Below are positions 1 to 8,074 of a DNA stretch of 28,778 nt, piece by piece. The notes beneath the pieces were generated by a model, which was given only the letters and a program-made list of their open reading frames with translations, was not told the origin of the DNA and did no database searches. A program made the position numbers and the translations under genes. This DNA is from a virus (Duplodnaviria; Caudoviricetes), in the IMG/VR virus record IMGVR_UViG_3300030104_003227, positions 1 through 28,778 of that record, one strand, 5' to 3'. Each line of letters begins with the position of its first letter. Positions within the stretch are counted from its first letter, which is position 1.

Positions 1-268
1 AACCTGGAACATCCTGAGTCGCTGAAATTGTACCAGGAGCATATATGCCTGATGTTATAGTTCCAGCAGATATGGTATTAGCAGTGGTACCGTCAGTGGT
101 ATCGACACCGCTACCAGAAATCGAAAAAGATGACCCTATCCGTTCGGCAGAAGTATGGGCACCTCCTACGCTCAATTGCACACTAGATGCATATCGAGTT
201 GTAATATCGGCTCTCGCTGCAAACGGAGCACTCATCAAAAGCATTATTAGAGGGATAAACCTTTTCAT
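1..268 (-). CDS. Secreted/virion-associated cyanophage hypothetical protein (partial, runs off the window edge)
   Basis: Not in ORF track. ATG at 268 reads MKRFIPLIMLLMSAPFAARADITTRYASSVQLSVGG..., a signal-peptide-like N-terminus followed by Ser/Thr/Gly-rich sequence, open to position 1. CTAAATA late-promoter-like motif at 292-298. Confidence 0.7.
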   Translation of the reverse strand, partial: MKRFIPLIMLLMSAPFAARADITTRYASSVQLSVGGAHTSAERIGSSFSISGSGVDTTDGTTANTISAGTITSGIYAPGTISATQDVPG

Positions 269-312
269 AAAATTAGTGCTTTAAGCCTCTCTATTTAGGC
301 ATTTTTACTTTG

Positions 313-1179
313 TCATTTCTTATACAGTCTACCGCCTATATCATTGTAGACATCAGACAGTTTTGTACGAACTGGTGGTTCAAAATCATATGTAAAATAT
401 TGACGACCTCTCCTAGGTACCTTCGTTTGCCATCCCTGGCTATTAATCCACCCACTCTCACTAGATGTAGTGTATTTGTCTACTTCATCCTCATTTCCAT
501 CCCATAACCAATCAGTACAAGCATCAACAGTAAATATAGGAACCATACAATTCCATGCTGCCATTCTAAGGTAAGCATCATGCCATTTCTCAAATACTAA
601 CCATGATGGATTACTTGGATCGGTTTTCCCACCATTAGTTGCATGTAATATTACATCAAGAATTCCTAGTTCTTTGTATAGTGTAGTAATAGGTTTAGTA
701 GATGCCTCTGCATATCCCCACATATCATTACATATCAATCCAGCACCAAGACATTGTTTCTCATCATCTTTAACAAGATCAATAATAGTAAATGAATCTA
801 CTTGTGGATCTCTGCCAAGAGCAGTTTCCATATCAACGCAAAGAGTCTTGTATGTAGCACCTCTTAGTATACCATCAGAATCATAATGTCTGATTTCATT
901 TCTATTGATTATACCTTTCTCTTCTGGTTCTACAAAATTGGTTCCTAAGTGTAAATATATTCCTGCTGCTTTTTGAGCATCTTCAATCTCTTTTAATCCA
1001 TCTTTAATTTCATCTATATGGGTAATCCACTCACGATCCCATCCTGATAAAGCAGCTTCTGGTGTTAAAAGATGATCTACTTTGTTTTCTTTTGCCCAAT
1101 CAATTGCTTTTAAAATTTCTTTTTTGTTAGCCTGTATGTTAGTTCCTACAGGAATTTGAGCACCACCAAATCTAATCAT
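313..1179 (-). CDS. Carbon-nitrogen hydrolase (nitrilase superfamily)
   Basis: Glu-Lys-Cys triad motifs LLTPEAALSG, ATYKTL, GLICNDMW; N-terminal 'AQIPV...NKKEILKAIDWA' typical of the fold. Confidence 0.85.
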   Translation of the reverse strand: MIRFGGAQIPVGTNIQANKKEILKAIDWAKENKVDHLLTPEAALSGWDREWITHIDEIKDGLKEIEDAQKAAGIYLHLGTNFVEPEEKGIINRNEIRHYDSDGILRGATYKTLCVDMETALGRDPQVDSFTIIDLVKDDEKQCLGAGLICNDMWGYAEASTKPITTLYKELGILDVILHATNGGKTDPSNPSWLVFEKWHDAYLRMAAWNCMVPIFTVDACTDWLWDGNEDEVDKYTTSSESGWINSQGWQTKVPRRGRQYFTYDFEPPVRTKLSDVYNDIGGRLYKK

Positions 1180-1678
1180 AACCGTAATAATTAAAATTAA
1201 TAACTTGTCTGTAAGAGTCGGAAGATGTAGTACCGCTATGCTTAGTATCTCTAGGAAAAATTACTATGCGATTAGCAACACTCTTCACCTTATAACCATC
1301 CTCAAAGTATGTATAACCGTTGCAATCATTGATATAATAGACAGCAGTGTAATCACCGAAACTTCCATCACGATGTAATCTTTGTTCTATAATATTTACA
1401 TTCTTAGGTGAGAAATTTGCTTTAATTCTAACCCAAGATTGTATTTTTAATTTAGGTGCAAAAATATCAGCAATCTCTGGAGTGAGACAAATATCATTAT
1501 GAAATTTACCCTCTGCCCATATAGGAGTCACCATTTGGTATTTGTTAGGATCTGATCTATCATCTGGTGTAACTACATGATCATTATAAAACCAAGGAAA
1601 AACATTTTGGAGTAAGAATACTACTCTTTCATGTTCATCCTTGGGTAAAAAATTATCAAGAACCTTAAGGTCCGTCAT
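1172..1678 (-). CDS. 2OG-Fe(II) oxygenase (prolyl-hydroxylase-like)
   Basis: HxD (LHRD), TAVYYINDCNGYT, distal His (KHSGTT) and Arg (RQVINFNY). Confidence 0.85.
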   Translation of the reverse strand: MTDLKVLDNFLPKDEHERVVFLLQNVFPWFYNDHVVTPDDRSDPNKYQMVTPIWAEGKFHNDICLTPEIADIFAPKLKIQSWVRIKANFSPKNVNIIEQRLHRDGSFGDYTAVYYINDCNGYTYFEDGYKVKSVANRIVIFPRDTKHSGTTSSDSYRQVINFNYYGYD

Positions 1679-1847
1679 TATTTTCAGTTTTATACATTCT
1701 ATCCATCAAATCATCTAATTCAGATTTGTGATAGATGGGTTCATCAGCACCTACATTGCCATTTACTAATGGCCAAACGAAACCATCTGCAGTGATTGTA
1801 AAGTAATCCTCAGGATGGTCTATGTGAGGGTGGTCGTCTCTAGACAT
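1665..1847 (-). CDS. Hypothetical protein
   Basis: Likely start MSRDDHPH at 1847, overlapping the talC stop; overlaps the next gene, consistent with operon coupling. Confidence 0.55.
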   Translation of the reverse strand: MSRDDHPHIDHPEDYFTITADGFVWPLVNGNVGADEPIYHKSELDDLMDRMYKTENNDGP

Positions 1848-2493
1848 TTTTTTGTACGGATTTCCAGTCTGCATCAAACAACTGTAATCCTTTCTCAGTT
1901 AACACATGATTATACATCTTATCAAATACTGCAGGTGGCATCGTAACAATATGAGCACCATTAGCAAATGATTGAGATACGCTATTTACATATCTGATAG
2001 AAGCAGAAAGGATCTCAGTAGATTTAATATTATGCACATTATATATGGTAGATATTCTCTTAATTAGATCTAACCCTGCAATTGAATTATCATCAAGTCT
2101 ACCAACAAAAGGAGAGACATATTTTGCTCCTGCTTTTGATGCTAATATTGCTTGTGCTTCATCAAATATTAATGTAACATTGACCTTAATTAATTGTCTA
2201 GATAACTCTTTACAAACTGCAAGACCATCAGGTGTACAAGGAACCTTAATTGTTGCTTGCTTACCAAATTTTTTGAAAAGTCTTTTTCCTTCCTCCCACA
2301 TTTCTTTACGATTTCCAACAACCTCCATGCTAATATCATGCACTCCTAAATCTATGAGTTCTTGATATACATCTTCTGGATTACGACCACTCCTCATAAT
2401 CAAAGTTGGATTAGTTGTGATACCATCAACAAGTCCAGTTGAGTAATACTTTCTAATTGTCTCTGTATCGGCAGTATCTAAAAAGATTTTCAT
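1840..2493 (-). CDS. talC: Transaldolase (phage TalC/Fsa family)
   Basis: MKIFLDTAD, GITTNPTLI, catalytic IKVP, VNVTLIF, YVSPFVGRLDD; 217 aa. Confidence 0.97.
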   Translation of the reverse strand: MKIFLDTADTETIRKYYSTGLVDGITTNPTLIMRSGRNPEDVYQELIDLGVHDISMEVVGNRKEMWEEGKRLFKKFGKQATIKVPCTPDGLAVCKELSRQLIKVNVTLIFDEAQAILASKAGAKYVSPFVGRLDDNSIAGLDLIKRISTIYNVHNIKSTEILSASIRYVNSVSQSFANGAHIVTMPPAVFDKMYNHVLTEKGLQLFDADWKSVQKNV

Positions 2494-2554
2494 TAAGTAG
2501 TTCCTAAAGCGATTTTACTGAATCTATTTTAACATCATAGTAAAGTCTATGAGT

Positions 2555-2752
2555 TTATTTGTCTTCGTCCACTAATATTTCTGTATATACTATTTCGTCT
2601 TCATCTAATGTTGATTTGACAAAATTCAACACATTCATAAATTCTGTATAAGTTTCATTTTCAAGTATTCTTCTTTCTCCTTTGCTAGAAACACAGCATA
2701 CTCTACGAGAGCATACATCTACAACAACTTTTTCAACAAACTCTTCAGTCAT
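2555..2752 (-). CDS. Small acidic hypothetical cyanophage protein
   Basis: Start probably MTEEFVEKVVVDVCSR at 2752; the longer track start runs into the structured RNA. Confidence 0.65.
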   Translation of the reverse strand: MTEEFVEKVVVDVCSRRVCCVSSKGERRILENETYTEFMNVLNFVKSTLDEDEIVYTEILVDEDK

Positions 2753-2769
2753 AAAATTAGAAAATAAAA

Positions 2770-2945
2770 AGGGGGAGGTTGGATTCCTGTGTACCAACAA
2801 GAGATGGGCATTTCTACAGTTTAGAAATCATCCCTGCCTGAGACCCGACTGGTAAGTCGATTCTTCCGAAGAAGCAGCACCACCTGTGTCTCATCACCTT
2901 AACCAGCTATATGCCAGTAAGTTTATTCAGTCACTCCCAATGTTG
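2770..2945 (-). ncRNA. manA / CfrI-like structured RNA
   Basis: GC-richer intergenic stretch with many helices on the minus strand: GGGAG(5')/CTCCC(3') closing stem, TGAGAC/GTCTCA, CTTC-TTCG-GAAG tetraloop, CGACT-TACC-AGTCG, TTTCTA/TAGAAA, GTTGG/CCAAC, then a T-tract. Position upstream of talC fits the cyanophage manA motif (family assignment from memory). Confidence 0.8.
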
Positions 2946-3087
2946 CGTCCAACTCTTGTATAATAACAGACTCCTCACAGGATGTCAACCCCCTATGATA
3001 ATTAACATGCATTGCCTCTATCATTATAAAAGATCCGATCAGCATGACATTGATCTGGACAAGTGGATTGCCAAGTAAACGAAGCAT
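2923..3087 (-). CDS. Small hydrophobic protein, 54 aa
   Basis: Not in track. MLRLLGNPLVQINVMLIGSFIMIEAMHVNYHRGLTSCEESVIIQELDATLGVTE*; starts 2 nt after the upstream TAG and ends inside the 5' end of the structured RNA. Confidence 0.5.
   Translation of the reverse strand: MLRLLGNPLVQINVMLIGSFIMIEAMHVNYHRGLTSCEESVIIQELDATLGVTE
2960..2988 (-). promoter_or_regulatory. sigma70-type (early) promoter for the manA-talC unit
   Basis: TTGACA (2988-2983), 17 nt spacer, TATTAT (2965-2960), with an extended TG. Confidence 0.85.
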
Positions 3088-3089
3088 TA

Positions 3090-3395
3090 CTATGAAACTG
3101 TTAACACCCTATCTGTAGGTAAGAGTGCGTTACCTGTAGCTCCTGTCAATTTAGTTCCAGATATAGTAAATGTCTGACCACCTACTTTTATTTTTAAAGT
3201 TCCTTGTACCTCTAATGATCCCTCTACAATCATATCACCAGTTATGGTAGCTTTACCAGATACATTTAGATTACCATCGACATTGAGATCACCCTCAAAT
3301 TTTGTATCAGAAAGAAAACTAGTTTCATCAGGAAACTCAACTGAACCACCAAGTACAGTCTTCTCTGAACCATCCTTGGATTTTGACAATCCCAT
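3090..3395 (-). CDS. Short beta-helix protein, putative baseplate spike component
   Basis: 6-residue repeats GDLNVD/GNLNVS/GKATIT/GDMIVE/GSLEVQ/GTLKIK; TAATG-coupled to the upstream gene. Confidence 0.6.
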   Translation of the reverse strand: MGLSKSKDGSEKTVLGGSVEFPDETSFLSDTKFEGDLNVDGNLNVSGKATITGDMIVEGSLEVQGTLKIKVGGQTFTISGTKLTGATGNALLPTDRVLTVS

Positions 3396-4378
3396 TATAA
3401 TTCTCCTAGTTTATCGGTTAGTTTATCTATACTACCGCTTACATTTCCTAAACCACCTTCAATAGCACCACTAATTTTACTGCTATCAAAGTTACCTAAT
3501 TTATTAGTTAGATTGCTTAGTTGTCCTTTTGATAAATTAGCTACATCACCAAGTTTACCAGTAAGACCTGGTAATTCTCCACCTAGTTTATCAGTTAAAC
3601 CTCCTAGTTTATCAGTAATACCTGGCAATTGCCCACTCAATTTATCAGTCAATCCACCTAGTTTTCCTTCAAGTCCACCTAGTGAATCAGTTGCTGAAGA
3701 GAATAATCCTCCCAACTCCTCAGAAAGTTGTCCACCCAATGCACCACCAAGTCCAGTCTCAGACAATACAGAGTCAGCAATTGCTCCTCCAAATCCACCA
3801 CTAAGAGCAGAGGAGAATGCACCTGCACCTTTAGTCAATGTACTAATTGAAGCATCAGCACCAAATGCTGCTTGGAGAATATTATTAGGAACATAAGAAC
3901 TTGCAAACATGTTAAGACCAAAAGTTTTATGAATTAAATTACCTCTTTTTCCTGATGCAGAACAAGTATTTCCTTTCAAATGAACCCTACCAGATCCTGC
4001 AGTAATATTAACATTTCTTCCTCCGTTTAAATCAAGATCTTGAGCTGCTTTGACCATGATATTTTTAGCTGCTACATTTACAGAACCATTATCAGCATTA
4101 ACAGTAATATTTCCACTAGCAGCACTTATTCTAATATCAATTTTTTGTGGAGAATTTTTATCACCAGCACGGATTTCTAATGTTTTGTCAGCAGTTATTC
4201 TAGATAATCCACCTTGAGTATGATCAATTAAGAATACATCATCATTATCATTGGTAGCATAGATTTTAAAAACTTCTGAACCAGTAGCACCAATCTGAGG
4301 ATGTCCACTATCAATCCTAAAATGTGGACCTCTACAGTCAATGACTCTTCTATTGAAATTTTTTTGTTGTGCAGTCAT
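3395..4378 (-). CDS. gp5 C-terminal-like (beta-helical spike) protein with Gly/Leu-rich repeat tail
   Basis: ISAASGNITVNADNGSVNVAAKNIMVKAAQDLDLNGGRNVNITAG beta-helix pattern; directly downstream of and coupled to gp5. Confidence 0.6.
   Translation of the reverse strand: MTAQQKNFNRRVIDCRGPHFRIDSGHPQIGATGSEVFKIYATNDNDDVFLIDHTQGGLSRITADKTLEIRAGDKNSPQKIDIRISAASGNITVNADNGSVNVAAKNIMVKAAQDLDLNGGRNVNITAGSGRVHLKGNTCSASGKRGNLIHKTFGLNMFASSYVPNNILQAAFGADASISTLTKGAGAFSSALSGGFGGAIADSVLSETGLGGALGGQLSEELGGLFSSATDSLGGLEGKLGGLTDKLSGQLPGITDKLGGLTDKLGGELPGLTGKLGDVANLSKGQLSNLTNKLGNFDSSKISGAIEGGLGNVSGSIDKLTDKLGEL
3545..3695 (-). repeat. Intragenic 7/11-aa tandem repeats (LGGLTDK)
   Basis: LGGLEGK LGGLTDK LSGQLPGITDK LGGLTDK LGGELPGLTGK; the DNA unit ctagtttatcagt recurs near 3583 and 3604. 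Confidence 0.75.
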
Positions 4379-6501
4379 TAGATACAGTCGATTGCGGAGA
4401 TAATACCAACCTGAGTATCAGTTGGAATGTCACCAAATAAAGGTTTTAATTTAGCACCATTACCAGTATTACTCTTAACAATAATTGTAGGAAGTTCTTC
4501 ATTAAATCTCAATATATTTAGAACATTAACCTGAGTAATGCTACCAGTGTCAGGATCTATGACAGGTTCGTATATAGGTGTAGTTTTACCAAATCCAGGT
4601 CCGCTAACAAATGTAGATACTCCTACTGGAGATCCATCTGGGAAAGTAACATTAATTGGAGGAATATCTGTAAATACATTGCCAGATGGACTAATGCCAG
4701 GCAGAACTATAGGATCTCCTGGTTTATATCCACTACCACCAGATTCTACTTGTATAGAAGTAATTCCTAATTGAGCAGGTGTATCATCATCTACCTGTGC
4801 AGGATAATTCTCTCCGACAGAATCCATAATAATAGCTTTTATAGTGCCATCTTCATTAAGAATAGCATGACCAACAGCACCATATCCTATATTACATTTG
4901 TCTCTAAAATTAACTATGGGAGGATAACGATATCCAGAACCTGCATTTGTAACTGTAGCACCTAAAATACTTGCAGTTCTTGTAACACCACCAACTAATT
5001 TTCTTAATCCAGGTGTATTGTCTACAAAATATCCAAGAATAGGTTTAGCAATACCACCAGATCCTCCACCACCAAATATCTCAATATACGGTCCTGTACA
5101 GTTAGATTTTTCTCCACCATAACAACCACCAGGAATTGTACCTGTGCCAGTATCTTCTAATAAACTACCATCACCAAATATATCCCACTTACCATATTTT
5201 GCCTCAAAAGCGTTAGTTAGATCAGCAGCACCCTTAGATATATTCATTGCATTCATAACATATGAGAAAGGATCATCACCTTTCTCTTCACTAGTGCCAC
5301 CAACAACATATTGTTTATCTGATGGGCACTTACCGTTATTAGTTTGATTACAATCAAGGAATGAAGCAATATCCTCAATATTACCAGCAGCACTTCTTAA
5401 AAAGTCTCCGACCTTAAATCCTGGTGCGATAATTTTTGCCACCGTAGATAGAGGACCTGACATTAAATTATCAATACTATCTGTAATAGTATTCAAAAAT
5501 GCACCAGTAAACTGAGCACCCATACATCCAGCATAATCTCTTCCTTCATCTATGAATCCTTTGAGTAAGTCTTCAATAGTACCACTCAATCCTTCTACCA
5601 CTTTATTAGCAACACAACCAATAGACTCTTGCAAAAATGCTGTAGGAGGAACCATAGCAGTTTGTGCTGCAACTCCTGCTCTGTGAGCAGCAGTACCAGA
5701 TTTTGTTGCTGCAAATACTATTCGGTAAACTGTTTGATATAATTTTTCTAATCCTTGAGAACCAAGACCCTCTAATTTATCAAAGAGTTTGGTAAACATA
5801 GTACCAACAAATTTATTTGCTTGAATCTCAACAAGATCTGATGCAGATCTAAGTTCATTTTGCAAACTAGATCCAGCTAAAGATAATTGCTTAATTTTTA
5901 TACCCAAGTTCTCAACAGTATTTGCCATCTCTGAGATAGGATTACTCTTACAAGTATCCGCAACCATTACCTTAATTCCAGCACCTGTTGAGTCTGTTAA
6001 ATTAGAGTCAGTAGAACTACTTGGTGGTGGTGCTGCAAATTTACTATCTTCGTTTGATTCACTTACTGGGTTTCTAGCATTGGTAGGTGTAAACTCAGTA
6101 AGTCCTGTAAAAGGTGAGAATGGTGTACTATAATCAGCATTATTTACTAGTGATGTTCTACCAAAATGTCCAATAATTAATGGTATTTGAGCAGCATCAC
6201 CATCTAAGAAAAATCCAAATACAGTATCACCTTGCTGCAACTTAACCGATTGAGCAAATTGTGCTCCACCACTACCAGATGTTACAGGTAATAATACTTG
6301 TGCATATGGTAGATCTTCATTGGGGATATCTTCATTGAAAGGATGATATCCCATGATACGAACCTTATATCTATTTCCTATTCCTTCTCCTTTTGCTATC
6401 TGATCTTCCTGTGAAGCAACAGGGGGTATCTGACCGACCCACCAACGGAATCCGTCTCTGCCTAAAAATTGACTGTTGCCTAGGATAGATGCATCTAACA
6501 T
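4378..6501 (-). CDS. gp5: Baseplate hub subunit gp5 (N-terminal OB-fold)
   Basis: FLGRDGFRWWVGQI, NRYKVRIMGYHP, DLPYAQVLLP, GDTVFGFFLDGDAAQIPLIIG match the gp5 OB-fold; GSGY repeats C-terminally. Confidence 0.9.
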   Translation of the reverse strand: MLDASILGNSQFLGRDGFRWWVGQIPPVASQEDQIAKGEGIGNRYKVRIMGYHPFNEDIPNEDLPYAQVLLPVTSGSGGAQFAQSVKLQQGDTVFGFFLDGDAAQIPLIIGHFGRTSLVNNADYSTPFSPFTGLTEFTPTNARNPVSESNEDSKFAAPPPSSSTDSNLTDSTGAGIKVMVADTCKSNPISEMANTVENLGIKIKQLSLAGSSLQNELRSASDLVEIQANKFVGTMFTKLFDKLEGLGSQGLEKLYQTVYRIVFAATKSGTAAHRAGVAAQTAMVPPTAFLQESIGCVANKVVEGLSGTIEDLLKGFIDEGRDYAGCMGAQFTGAFLNTITDSIDNLMSGPLSTVAKIIAPGFKVGDFLRSAAGNIEDIASFLDCNQTNNGKCPSDKQYVVGGTSEEKGDDPFSYVMNAMNISKGAADLTNAFEAKYGKWDIFGDGSLLEDTGTGTIPGGCYGGEKSNCTGPYIEIFGGGGSGGIAKPILGYFVDNTPGLRKLVGGVTRTASILGATVTNAGSGYRYPPIVNFRDKCNIGYGAVGHAILNEDGTIKAIIMDSVGENYPAQVDDDTPAQLGITSIQVESGGSGYKPGDPIVLPGISPSGNVFTDIPPINVTFPDGSPVGVSTFVSGPGFGKTTPIYEPVIDPDTGSITQVNVLNILRFNEELPTIIVKSNTGNGAKLKPLFGDIPTDTQVGIISAIDCI

Positions 6502-6767
6502 TAGTCGTCGTACACTCTACATTCAAATGAGTCAGGATGATTATCGCAATATACCTCTAGATTCTTATCTTCATGTCTTGTGTGCCAGTCATTAATCTTA
6601 GCACCTCCAAGATTCTCTTCGTTTTCTTCATGATCATGAAATGCTTCGTTGTGAAGTTTTAGATCATCTTCAGAGTACTCTAACATACCATGATTAACAT
6701 GCTCCTTTCCATCTTTAGGATCGATATTTGCATGACTTAGATCTTGATTGGGAATTTTAGTAGTCAT
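6501..6767 (-). CDS. cp12: CP12-like protein (C-terminal CP12 motif, His/acid-rich N-terminus)
   Basis: C-terminus LEVYCDNHPDSFECRVYDD fits the CP12 C-x8-C-xxYDD GAPDH-binding motif. Confidence 0.75.
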   Translation of the reverse strand: MTTKIPNQDLSHANIDPKDGKEHVNHGMLEYSEDDLKLHNEAFHDHEENEENLGGAKINDWHTRHEDKNLEVYCDNHPDSFECRVYDD

Positions 6768-6769
6768 AG

Positions 6770-8074
6770 TTATTTTTCTGGGTAAAGACCATGTGAATCT
6801 CTAACGACTTGTAATGCAGTATAAGAGTTATTAGGTAGGAATAAATGAGTGAGATCCTTTATAATATATATTCCACTCATTCTATCATCTAACTCAAGTT
6901 CTTCATCAGTTGTCTTAGGGAAGAGTACCATTATAGCATCACCAGCAACTAAATTGGTGTTAGTTGGTATTGTTATAGTCATTTGTGTGTTGAATAACAT
7001 ACCATATCTTGTGATAGCTTGTGATGCACTATCAACAGGATCGTAATTAATTTCTGTTGATACGCCAACATCTAAGGTTCCCACATCATATACCGAACTA
7101 ATAATTCTTGAAGCCATCATATTGGCTGGAATGTTATCTGGATCAGCAACCTTAGGTTCTTCTTCTTCAGGAACTCCTAAAGATGATGCTGGTTTCTCTT
7201 TGAATACAGAATTTTGTGGTTGAGTAAACTCAAAAGTAACTGGATTAAAAAATATTCTGTATGTAGATTTAACACCATTATTCAAATCAGAAAGAACATC
7301 AGAATCTTCTTTAACAGAGAATGCTAAAATTTTTGTAGCATTCTGAAAGGAATCTTCCAGAGAAGGATCTACTGACTGAGAATAATAATATTTCTCTAAA
7401 TTATCTTTCCCCTCCACCGCTTTTTTTATCATATCTTCAACTGATCTAAAATGAAATCCTTTTCTAGTTTGCCAAAAGAAAAATCCAGCACTCCTACTTG
7501 TTGCTCCTACAGGGATTGCTTTGGATGCTAACCACAATATAAGTGTAAAAGGTTTTCTTAAATTGCCAATAAAATTATAAATGTTTTCGGTTTCTTCAAA
7601 TGGTTCTTGTTTTAAAGGTTCTACTAACTTAACAATTTGACCAATACTTTTATCTATAGTTTGTCCATAGAATTTTCTAGTAACTCTACTTTGCTCATTA
7701 CTAAGTGCCTCTCTAGAAACAAGATGTAAAGTAAAAGTTTCAGTTGCCTTATCAGATATGACATTAGTTACTTTATTAACATACAAAACACTCTCAAGAT
7801 GCTCTTCTTGTTCTGCCTCTGCCTCTATAGGAGTCTTTATTTTGTAATATACTCTCTCTCCACCACGAATAGGTAAACCTTTATATAATGATTCACCATC
7901 AATAGTATTACCAGTATTAACTACATCTACTTTAGCAGTACACATTGGAGACATTAAAGTCTCAAAGTATTGTAATCTAGTAACACCACCAATTAGACTG
8001 ACAGTTTTTTTACCGTCAGCCGAAGTTATAGTAAATTCTTCAAAGGTAGAAGCAGCAGTTGGTGATATTGCCAT
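6770..8074 (-). CDS. Putative baseplate hub protein (gp27/late-control-D-like)
   Basis: LPIRGGERV, FFFWQTRKGFHFRSVE, ITIPTNTNLVAGDAI, SGIYIIKDLTH; position between tape-measure-like genes and gp5. Confidence 0.65.
   Translation of the reverse strand: MAISPTAASTFEEFTITSADGKKTVSLIGGVTRLQYFETLMSPMCTAKVDVVNTGNTIDGESLYKGLPIRGGERVYYKIKTPIEAEAEQEEHLESVLYVNKVTNVISDKATETFTLHLVSREALSNEQSRVTRKFYGQTIDKSIGQIVKLVEPLKQEPFEETENIYNFIGNLRKPFTLILWLASKAIPVGATSRSAGFFFWQTRKGFHFRSVEDMIKKAVEGKDNLEKYYYSQSVDPSLEDSFQNATKILAFSVKEDSDVLSDLNNGVKSTYRIFFNPVTFEFTQPQNSVFKEKPASSLGVPEEEEPKVADPDNIPANMMASRIISSVYDVGTLDVGVSTEINYDPVDSASQAITRYGMLFNTQMTITIPTNTNLVAGDAIMVLFPKTTDEELELDDRMSGIYIIKDLTHLFLPNNSYTALQVVRDSHGLYPEK

Noticed and set aside
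2770-2945. tRNA or group I intron reading of the structured region
   Set aside because: No cloverleaf with T-loop/CCA and no interrupted gene; size and context fit a manA-like RNA better.
2958-2971. GTA-N8-GAC near-NtcA box over the manA promoter -10
   Set aside because: It has a mismatch in the core, and such near-matches are expected by chance in AT-rich DNA.
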